A DNA stretch of 64,000 nucleotides from Cirrosporium novae-zelandiae (Eukaryota): NCBI GenBank assembly GCA_026023565.1, contig JAPETS010000003.1, positions 1,054,001 to 1,118,000 of the forward strand. The letters run 5' to 3'. Both the position numbers and the translations under genes were made by a program. Below are positions 13,561 to 23,155 of this stretch, one piece after another. The stretch's first letter is position 1. Each line of letters starts with the position of its first letter. The notes under the pieces are model-generated. The model worked only from the letters and a program-made list of their open reading frames with translations, was not told the origin of the DNA and did no database searches.

Positions 13561-14688
13561 CCTACGCAATAAACCATTACATGAAATGGAGAAACAAACC
13601 CTCACTCACATCTATCTAGACAAATATTCAACAGACAGCAAACCACATTTGACGTCGATGCGTACATCCATCGTTTTGACAAAAAATCCTAAAAAATATA
13701 ATCGACATCAAGATCTCGTTTCTTTGCGAGCTATATCAAGTGCAGAATTCAAGAATTTCTTTTATCCTATCCTATCCTATCCTATCCATAGACAGGTAGG
13801 TATTACTTATTCCATGCATATTCTCGGCCACCATTTTCATCAGATTAGGCGCCAGTTTCACACTATGCGTGAATTAATGATGACTTTCTGTTAAAATTTC
13901 CCATCACTATTATTATTATTATCTCAAGCCTAAATCCTGTCTAGTTCTATTTTGTTTTATTATTAAGGATTGGCGGCGAAGAGTTACACATCTATCTATT
14001 ACATTTATTCGCCTCTAGAAAAAAATATTAAAAATAGTGAACATAGAAAACAATTGAATTGCACGTAGAATGATGGTTTGTTCTATTTAAGATACATACA
14101 TGCATAATATATTTCTCCATTTCAGAATAAACCACCTCTGTTCATCCCTACGTACGTACGACTTGAGGACACTAATTTCCATAGCTAAGTCACTAGGTAG
14201 TACCACCACCACCTAATTAGCTCTCCCCTCTGAGGAAATACATATACACACAGCAACAAAAACAAGCACAACTAGCAGCTTCAAAAAAGCGAATTATTTG
14301 TGTGTTAAAAGCATGTTATATCTATAAAACATAACATAACATAAAGATAATACGTGATCTATCTTAGTTCCTGCCTTCACTTTCTTTCTTTCATTGCTCA
14401 CGTGCCCAATATATATTGTACTGTACGTACCCAGCCTTCCTATAATAATACTATTATATTGAGCGTATCATTCGTAAACTCCATCATACTTAGATATATG
14501 CATATGCGTAACCAAGACGCAGGACGCAAGATATGCATTCGAACCCCCTATGCATGTACTGTACATGTACGCACACACGCACGCCAAAAACTCCTTCGAA
14601 TGTCTGAGTCCCATCACCATCATCGATTACATCACGTGGCATAATTTCCTCCTCAACTATCTCATCTTCCTTTCCTTAACGTCCCCCC

Positions 14689-17037
14689 CTAAGCTCCACT
14701 CCTATAGACCTGCGCCCCCCCGTTCCTAATCTGCACAACCTCCCTCCTTTGCAGCACAATCAACGCCCTATTTAATGCCACCTCACTAAATCCCCTCCCA
14801 GTAACAAACTCCCTCTTCAGCGTCGCCAAACTCGTGCTCCAACCCACAGGCAATCGTCTCCTCAACTCGTCCTCCACTTTCCCGGCCTCCTCTACCAGTT
14901 CTTGATTTCCACCCTCCCCGCCCCCCTGCGTGACAGCATCCATGGTACTGGCGAGGAATAGGCGGATGGCTTCGTCGACGTGGGCTTCGGTGGCGACGGG
15001 GGAGAGGGAGAGCTTAGCGAGGGATTCGGCGATACGGATTATGGCTTCCAGTTGGCGGATGGTGAGGGGAATGGCAGAGCGCGTGTTGGAGGTTAGTTCG
15101 GCGGCGTGGACGCGACGGCGGAGGGTTACGAAATGGGAAGAGAGTTTCTCAGCGGCTGTGGGGGAGATGCGTGGGGCGCAGCGGCTGGGAGGAGAGATTA
15201 GTGTTTTGTCTTGTAGGGTTGGGTTGGAAGGTAGTGAAAGGAAAGTAGGAGGGGAGCTTACGTTCTGCAGTAGGAAATGTAGCGTTTCATTTTGTCGACG
15301 GGGATTTCGGCTTCAACCTGTTCCTCAACACCTCGGCCGCCCATGTGGATCCCCATGACATGTCGCGCGATACGTTCGTCTCTAGCGCGGTCGTGCTCAT
15401 CTTTGACGATGAATATCATGTCGAAACGGGACAGGATGGTGGTCTGGAAATCGATATTCTCCCCAGGAGATTTCAGGTCATCGTAACGCCCGAAAATCGG
15501 GTTCGCTGCTGCCAGAACCGACGTCCGTGAATTTAGAATCGTCGTTATGCCCGCCTTTGCGATGGAGATGGTTTGCTGTTCCATTGCTTCGTGGATGGCA
15601 ACGCGGTCTTCGTCACGCATTTTATCGAATTCATCAATGCAGACGACACCACCATCCGCAAGGACCATGGCTCCACCTTCGAGATAGAACTCGCGACTTG
15701 TGGAGTCGCGTTGGACGGAAGCTGTGAGACCGGCTGCGGATGAACCTTTGCCGGAGGTATAGATGGCAATTGGAGCAACTTTCTCAACGAATTTAAGGAG
15801 TTGCGATTTTGCAGTTCCGGGATCTCCCAGCAATAAGACGTTGATGTCACCACGGAGTTTCATTCCATCGGGGAGAATTTTTTTCGAACCGCCTAGAAGT
15901 AAACAAGCGATCGCCTTTTTAATATCTGCATTTCCATAGATAGATGGTGCAATGCAATTGGCAAAGACTTCGTACAGATCTGGTCGGCGACTCATCTCTA
16001 GGAACTCTTGCTCCTCTTCTTCGCTAAATATAGCAGCCCCTTTGGCAGTATGGTCTACGTCACTATGAACGCCAATGGCACGGATATATGGGTTACGAAT
16101 TGCAACCGCGGAAGCAGCGTTCTTCTTTGAACCCTTGGCTTGATAAATGGAGAAAACGCCCATGACGGTGCAACGAGAGCCTGGAACGACTCGATTTGTG
16201 AGATAACGTTCCGCAGAAACGAGGATGTGCCGAGGAAGTTCACCGACAGGGACTTGATCGGGGGCTTCTTGAAGCTTCAGGACTTGCTGATCGATGAAAT
16301 GGCATTTTTCATGCACAACAAAGTAAGGATCAAGTGGACACTTGGGCTTGTCTTCCGCTTCTGACACAACTCTCCCACATATTCGTGGAAGAGATACACC
16401 GGAGAAGCCTCCATCAACCCGGATGTTAGTTGAAAATTGGCAGTTCCGGCACTGTATGTGGATTGTAGTTGCTTTAGATGTTAGAGTTGAGGCACCAATT
16501 ACAATGCCCGGTATTCGAACAAGATGTGAGATGTGGGTTGCATCGAGATCACGGATGGAGATTAAAGAAGCGGAGGAGTGAATGAGGAGTTGGTGGGCGG
16601 GAAGTTGTATGCTCTTTTGAGAGGGGTAGACTATTCGTTGTGTACATTCCTTCAATGCCGCTTCAAACTATACAAAGTCAATGGCATTCCCAAGAGGCTG
16701 TTTTCCAGCAGTTCCTACCAAGGGTATTATCTCTGATGGTTCGCTCGTGAGCCTATGAGCAAGCTCTTCGTTATAGGATATGAGATGGGCTACATCGACG
16801 TCGCAGTAATATTGCTTGACAAGGACATTCTCTCGAATTTGGTCGCTGCATCATGTTAGTTTATACCTCAGGCCCAATTATTATGATTTCATACCGATAA
16901 ATAAAGGCGTTATCGAGGCGGAACTCGAGCACAAATTCTCTTAAGCGGGCCTGAATCCGACTTCTTTGGGTTTCTTCATTTCCATCTATGTCGGGCAGGA
17001 GAACACCGCTGACAGTGTATGTTGATCTTCTATCCAT
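14689..17037 (-). CDS. MCM5: DNA replication licensing factor MCM5 (CDC46/Nda4)
   Basis: Starts MDRRSTY at 17037. Has a Zn-finger region (CRNC...CPLDPY), Walker [10 protein letters not shown], Walker [10 protein letters not shown], Arg finger SRFD and MCM5-typical [18 protein letters not shown]. At least 3 introns (~16893-16845, ~16717-16668, ~15261-15186). Confidence 0.97.
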
Positions 17038-17147
17038 ATTGAGAAGATTGTGAGGATTTAGTTGCCACGAGGAAGTGCAGTTAAATAGTTGAGTTAAAAA
17101 CTGGAGAGTTAAGCTGCTAGGCCTGGGCAAAACAACAGATCACGGAA

Positions 17148-17168
17148 ACGCGTACCAAAAACGCGAAA
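17148..17168. promoter_or_regulatory. MCB/SCB-like G1/S elements (ACGCGT and ACGCGAAA) upstream of MCM5
   Basis: ACGCGT at 17148-17153 and ACGCGAAA at 17161-17168, 110-130 bp upstream of the MCM5 ATG. These are the MBF-type sites known from ascomycete replication genes. Confidence 0.7.
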
Positions 17169-17667
17169 AAGGCGCTAGTAAAGTGTTTGCATCGGAGAAA
17201 CAAAATCCCCATACATATTTCATCTCTACTTATTTACACTCCTTTTTTATCCAACAAGGTTACTGTTACAGCACAGCCAGGTTATATATTCTAATACTAA
17301 GTATCCACTCAAGTAGCGGATAGAATAGGGTACCTAAGTAGTTAAGAAACAGGTATTAGATCATAAGATAGCGCTGTAAGAACCATGATAAACTGCTAAA
17401 GAAAAGGAAGTCTAAAGAGGGAATGTATATAACTTTAGATGGTAATCCTGATGGATCTTGGGAATCATTCGTAGTGAATATTCCACAACATGTTTTGTGT
17501 GTCCTGTCTAGGTTTAAATTAGGAATTATAGCTTAGAAAGACTAAATAAGCTTAGCGTACTTCAAGCCAAAGCCGATTTGTGGAATCTCTCATGCCTATG
17601 ATCATCACATCGAGGAGAGCTTTTTCAAACCCACTCTTAAAATTTCTTACTTCACATTCAACAAGAC

Positions 17668-18354
17668 ATGAGTCAGAGGCCTCGTAATCGCCAAAGTCGC
17701 CCACCGCGTAACGACAATCACAGGGCTAGAGGCAGAGGTGGTCGCATAGCCCATGCCGGGGATAGAGGCGAATACAATAATGACACCAGATCGCGAGCAG
17801 GGGGAGTACCAACAATCCAGCAGGTCATATCAGGAGCGGCTGTCTCTATCGTCCTAAAGATTGATCAACCCACAGGCCGGCAGGTACAGGGAATAGTCGG
17901 TGAGGTCTTAACCCATGGAAATCATCCTAGAGGCATAAAAGTGCGGCTCAGGGATGGTAGGGTAGGCAGAGTACAGAAAATGGTCAGCCAAGAGGAAGCA
18001 CAAGCTGCATCGGAAGGATTATGTAATTTGGGAAGGAATGGAGAGACTCTAGGAGAAAATGGTGAATATCCACAGCCAACAAGTTCTCGGGGATCAAGAG
18101 GAATTTTATATTCCGACTTGCGACATGACGAATTTTATTTGGAAAACTCTGTGGCGATACCCAGTTTAGGGCGTAGCCTTGGAGATTTTTTTCCAAGTAC
18201 TGATAACCAACAAGACTCATATGAAGGAAATTCGAATCCATCGCCCTTAGGAACAACAGATTTTTCTTCGACTATGAGCACTTGCCCAGTATGTGGGGAA
18301 TTCCAAGGCGATGAGACAGCCGTTTCCCATCATGTTAACTCTCACTTTGAATAA
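17668..18354 (+). CDS. DUF2196/YwbE-family protein with an RG-rich N-terminus and a C-terminal C2H2 (UBZ-like) zinc finger
   Basis: VSIVLKIDQPTGRQVQGIVGEVLTHGNHPRGIKVRLRDGRVGRVQ matches the YwbE pattern. The C-terminus is CPVCGEFQGDETAVSHHVNSHF. Confidence 0.8.
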   Translation: MSQRPRNRQSRPPRNDNHRARGRGGRIAHAGDRGEYNNDTRSRAGGVPTIQQVISGAAVSIVLKIDQPTGRQVQGIVGEVLTHGNHPRGIKVRLRDGRVGRVQKMVSQEEAQAASEGLCNLGRNGETLGENGEYPQPTSSRGSRGILYSDLRHDEFYLENSVAIPSLGRSLGDFFPSTDNQQDSYEGNSNPSPLGTTDFSSTMSTCPVCGEFQGDETAVSHHVNSHFE

Positions 18355-18683
18355 ACAATTTCGAAGTATGTTGATTGATCTACGGAACTTGATCATCACT
18401 TATCTGCAAATGGAGAGCCCCATCCACGCAATTGTGGCCGGACCAGTCACGGTTGTGTATGCCTCGTAAGTCACGTAATCGTTCCTATATCCTTTCTATT
18501 TCTCTTATATTCCCCAATCCTTTAATATAGGTTGAAACGAGTAACCAAAATGTGAAGTAATAGACTACGCCCACGAAAAATTATGATAGCCGGAGTAAAA
18601 TTGATATTGTATATCTAGACATTTTCATGTCTCTCCGTGCAGTACTCGACTCCACGACATCTATCTATTCATGTGCTCCGGCT

Positions 18684-19604
18684 TCACTCCACGATATCTG
18701 TACTCCTCCAAACATCCTCGTGCCCCTCTACCACCCTCTTCAGCCACTCAATCTGATTTTTCAGTGCTTCCCCACAATCACTCCCAATAAGTAACTTACC
18801 CAACTCTCCTTTTTTCTCTCTTAGCTTTTCCTTCCACATCCCAGTTCCCATAACAAACTCATACATTCGAGCAGCAGCCTTCTCAGGATCTCCAGCCTGC
18901 TTCCAGTTGGACTCCTTGATACGCTCTACCACTTGTCGCATCGACGTGCTATCATATGCCTTAATGAATGCAGGTGGCATATTTGTCCCGCTAGCATGGC
19001 TAGCCAAAAATCCTGTGCGGACCATGCCTGGATTCACGACTGCAACCCTAATATCAAAATCCGCAACCTCGATTGCCAGAGATTGTGAGAACCCTTCAAT
19101 GGCAAATTTAGAAGCGCTGTAAATGCCTCCTGGTGGTACGGCCCAGAACCCGGCCATACTGCTCAGATTGAGAATTGTGGTTGGTGGAGTGGTGAGATTG
19201 GCACGATGTGATTGCGAAGCCGTGCGCAGATACGGAAGTGCAGCACGAATCAGTCGCAACATTCCGAATACATTGACTTCGAATTGTCTTTTTGTTTCTT
19301 CGTCACTGATCTCCTCCAATAGTCCGAGGTAAGCATAGCCGGCGTTATTTACCAACACATCGACTTGGCCAAAGGCTGCAACCGCCTTTTCCATAAATGC
19401 TGACGTTTGTGATGGAGTGTAATGTGCATCGAAAGGGATGGTGACAACATTAGGATTGTTGAGGAGGGAGCTAGGGGCTTTAGAAGGAGTTCGCATTGCG
19501 GCAATGACTCGACCACCGTGGGATAGGACTTCAGTCGACAAGGCTAGGCCCAGGCCTGCGGAGGCACCTGTGATTATCCAAGTGAGGGGTTTCTGTTCTG
19601 CCAT
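18684..19604 (-). CDS. Short-chain dehydrogenase/reductase (17-beta-HSD-like classical SDR)
   Basis: TGASAGLG, DVLVNNAG, FEVNVFG, LSSMAG, catalytic YSASK, PGMVRT and GDPEKAA. Intronless, 306 aa. Confidence 0.93.
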   Translation of the reverse strand: MAEQKPLTWIITGASAGLGLALSTEVLSHGGRVIAAMRTPSKAPSSLLNNPNVVTIPFDAHYTPSQTSAFMEKAVAAFGQVDVLVNNAGYAYLGLLEEISDEETKRQFEVNVFGMLRLIRAALPYLRTASQSHRANLTTPPTTILNLSSMAGFWAVPPGGIYSASKFAIEGFSQSLAIEVADFDIRVAVVNPGMVRTGFLASHASGTNMPPAFIKAYDSTSMRQVVERIKESNWKQAGDPEKAAARMYEFVMGTGMWKEKLREKKGELGKLLIGSDCGEALKNQIEWLKRVVEGHEDVWRSTDIVE

Positions 19605-19850
19605 GACTACTAAGTGACTTAAGATCTGAAATGATTTGCTCTGCTGTTTTGGTGTAAAAAGGAGAAATGACTAGCGATGGGAAGAAGGATATGATTGAGA
19701 ATGGATGGGCCCTCGAAGCACAATTTATATTCTGCGGAGGCCTCAGAATTCCGGGGTTTGGGGCAAGGAGATTTCGGGTCTGGAGATAGTGTATCATTTT
19801 GCCAATAGCTGAATGAGAAAGAATGGAAATAATTGGCAATTAAGTCTGTA

Positions 19851-19991
19851 GACCATCCCCCGTGAAGTCGCTGGCATTGCGTTATATACTGCTGGGTATG
19901 GTGTGGTGAGTAAGGGATGTCTTAGTAATAAGGTAATAATTAAGGAAGTTTAATGAAATTTATGCGAGGAACGACTTGACGGGGGATGGTC
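19851..19991. repeat. 20-bp inverted repeat (19/20 identity, 101-bp spacer) in the SDR / chimeric-TF bidirectional promoter
   Basis: 19851-19870 is GACCATCCCCCGTGAAGTCG. 19972-19991 is CGACTTGACGGGGGATGGTC (reverse complement GACCATCCCCCGTCAAGTCG). No target-site duplication is seen. Confidence 0.85.
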
Positions 19992-20170
19992 CGTGCATGA
20001 GTTATGATACCGCAAAGTGCCATGGTGCGTGAATATGTTCTTATCCAAGTCCAAGAGTCCACCAAACATGGTTAATTAATTATCACTACTACTATTCATA
20101 TATGTAGCTGTAAGAGTTTTCGGGATCTTTTCATTTCCATCCTTCTCTATCTACTTGTATTCGTGTAATC

Positions 20171-22201
20171 ATGCCCACCCACGGCCACGAGATCCACGTC
20201 GGCGACACGTTCCCTAGCATATCATCCTTTGTACAGGCTCTTCATACTTGGGCTGCTGAAGCTCATTTTACGCCCAGGAAGAAAGAAAACCACCGTGGCA
20301 TAGTGCGATATGGATGTCGATCATCTGACTCCTGCACATTTGCAATCAATGCACACTGGAATGAAGACGTGCAGAAGGTTATTGTTACAATGCTCGTCCC
20401 CTCCCATACCTGTTCGGGGGCAGAGCATGTGGCAAGAAGGCCAGCTAGCAGCGTCGATTGGCTTACTGAGAAAATCCCATCGCTTATGACAGTTACGATG
20501 GACACTCCGACAAGGCAGATACAGCAGACGCTACGAAGACATATCGGTCTAGACATCAATATTCGTCAAATACAACGTGCCAAGAAAACAATCGTTCAAT
20601 CCGCAAACCCCAGTATCTCCCGGGCTCTCCCTTCCAACCCTGCACTCATAATTTCATCTCATTCTAGCGACAAGAAACCATATCTATTCCATCACTATGT
20701 CACCTATGTCGCACCTATCATGGTGCCTCTTTCTTCTCTCCACAATCCCTGGCAAACATACTACCCTCAATTAGCAAGCAGTGGCTCCTCCAAGGGAGAA
20801 ACTTCCCTATACCACTCCATGCTTTCTCAAGCAGCTGCAAACCTCTCCCACTTATATAGAGGTGAGCAAAAGGAGAACATGAAAACACTTTCTATGAGAT
20901 ATTATGGAGAAGCTGTAAAAGATCTGCGAGAGAGCATCATAGATGGGGAAAGGGACTTCAACGTTTTCGTGGCTGGTGTACTGACGCTTATAATGGCAGA
21001 GGTACGTTGCCTTTAATTGTATTTATAGTTCGCATGATGATGGACTCGTGGCTTGATCTTAAATCTTTGCTCTCTGCGCATTTGCGACTGCTTATTTCAC
21101 TATATGTTGCCTTCTTTATAAAGAATTTTGTCTCCTCGCATTTCCCGTCCCCAAGTTTCTTCTTTGTGCTTATTTCCTTGTCATATTCAGTTAGTGTGAT
21201 GATAGATTCCTCATTGGGTGAAGATAACTAACCTTCATTTATAGATCTATAGTGGAGGTGCCACATGTGGCCGTTCCAATGCATGGCGCCTTCACCTTGA
21301 GGGCGCATGGAGCTTCCTTCTCACCTATAAAGACGACAAACCTTGGTTATCTGATGACCTCACTTTGATGACTGCTCAGAGTTTATGTCTCCTGAAAATC
21401 AGAAGCCATTGTTTCGCCAGTGCCTATTGTCGCAGCTTCATTTCCTGTTGTCCTTACGCCAAGGACGATGATATGTCAGCCTACCTTGATCTCACAGCTA
21501 TGATAGCATCTACGCGGCTCTCATTTGGTTCCACGGTGGGTGCTACACCTGACCTCATGTCTTGCATTGCGGACATCGATTATGTTGTGTATCAGATCCG
21601 GGAAGGAAAACGTGGTTTTAAAGAGGCCAAAGAGTATTTCATCGGTATTTCTGAAAGACTCGAAAATTGCCTCCCCGTAAATGTGAATGGTGAAGATCTC
21701 GCGCCAAGTGTCGCTACTCTGGAAAATAGCCCCTCCATCAGCCATATAGATTCGAAACTTTCGATCAAGAGGTTAGAATCTCGGAGGGCTCGTATTCATA
21801 TCCGCATCTTCCAAATAGGGGTGCAAATTTATCTTTACAGAAACACAAGGAGCCCCCCGCCGTTTGACCTTGTTCCTTACGTATCCATGCTTTTTCATCT
21901 TGTGCAAACCTTTTCCAATCTCGGTAGCGATAGTGGTAGGGTTCCTAGCATCACGCTCTGGCCTGTTTTTATGGCAGCCATAGAAGTTTTCCGTGAAGCT
22001 GATAAGAGACTAACAAGGGAGTGGCTCAACACGGCAGATCAACTTGGAATTGGAAACCGGAAGGAGGTGAGACTAATTATTGAAGAAGTATGGCGGATCC
22101 GAACAGAGGTTGCACGCAGCACAAAAAGGGAAGAGGGCGAAATTGTGGTGGACTGGAGGCAAGTTATGGAAGACTTGAACTTAGATATTCTATTGGTTTG
22201 A
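20171..22201 (+). CDS. Chimeric transcription factor: MuDR/MULE transposase-type N-terminal DNA-binding domain fused to a fungal-specific TF (Fungal_trans_2-like) domain
   Basis: Exon 1 is 20171-21001, the intron is 21002-21244 (GTACGT...CTAACCTTCATTTATAG) and in-frame exon 2 is 21245-22201. The N-terminus has VGDTFPSISSFVQAL..WA, C-x5-C-x23-H-x-C and TPTRQIQQTLRRHIGLDINIRQIQRAKK. The C-terminus has LFHHYVTYVAPIM..NPW, YYGEAV, WRLHLEGAW, LWPVFMAAIE, GIGN, IEEVW and VDWRQVM..L..DILLV. Confidence 0.8.
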
Positions 22202-23155
22202 GGAACTGAATATTGTGCTTTTGTTGGTACCTCTGGGATCGATGCTTGCCGGCCAGATGAGCCGACTTGAATGGAGTGGATACTCGGATACGCCGAAATA
22301 CTCCAACATACTCCGTCAGACAATACGCAACACATACATACAAGTACCTGATAGTAGTAGATTTTTGATGCAGGTGATGAGATGAGATGAGATGAACACC
22401 ATAAGTCGATGACATGGATGGATCATGTGGTCCGTGTGTCCTGTGCGGAAACATTGTAAAAAGCTTAATTTTTGGATTTCCAACATATCCATCACCTTCC
22501 CGTCCTTGTCGTTCTACTGCCTGTCATCAATTCATTGGTAAAAATATTTGATTGTTCTACTAAAATATTGTTTGTTATTCAAATCATGGGTTTACTCCAA
22601 CCCAGTGACAATTACATGTTAATCCAAAAGGAGGGAAGGAGAGAAGTCATCTCCCGAAGAAAAGCCCGACCAAATAAAATGCTCAAGAAAAAAACACACC
22701 GTTGATTCTGACAAGGTATATGCTGAACTACCTGATACCAAACCATGCTCACCAGCGGAAGTTGCGATATCCGGGTTATGTTATCAAGTTATAGATCGGC
22801 TCATGGGCTGACTCGGAAATGTTGACGAACAATCTACCGGTTACACATTTCGCTTCTATGACCTGACTGGCGATCAAAATTTGCTTGTGATTAAGTCAAA
22901 TAGCTGTTACGCCATCACGAGAATTCTAACCAACATGGAGGGATGGCCGCATATTCCTAGATACCAAGTTGCACTTCAAAAGGACCAAGATTTCCCATTT
23001 GTTAACATTATGTCCATCAAATTATACCAGTTGGAGTTCGAAAAGGGTAAGCTATCTCTCAAAATCACCACAACTCTTCAAGTTCTTAGCTTTGGATTGC
23101 CCTTCTAATATTGATTGCTTGTATCAAGTTTCTGCAGTTGCAAAAGAGATTCAAC

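Noticed and set aside
23111..23155. N-terminal extensions of ORF-track entries starting at TTG/GTG (also 29132, 39058, 43246)
   Set aside because: Non-ATG starts are an artefact of the ORF caller. The downstream ATGs fit the protein families.
22202..23155. Sterol regulatory (SREBP/Upc2) elements upstream of shc
   Set aside because: Only partial matches (ATCACGAG, ATCACCAC), which are expected by chance.
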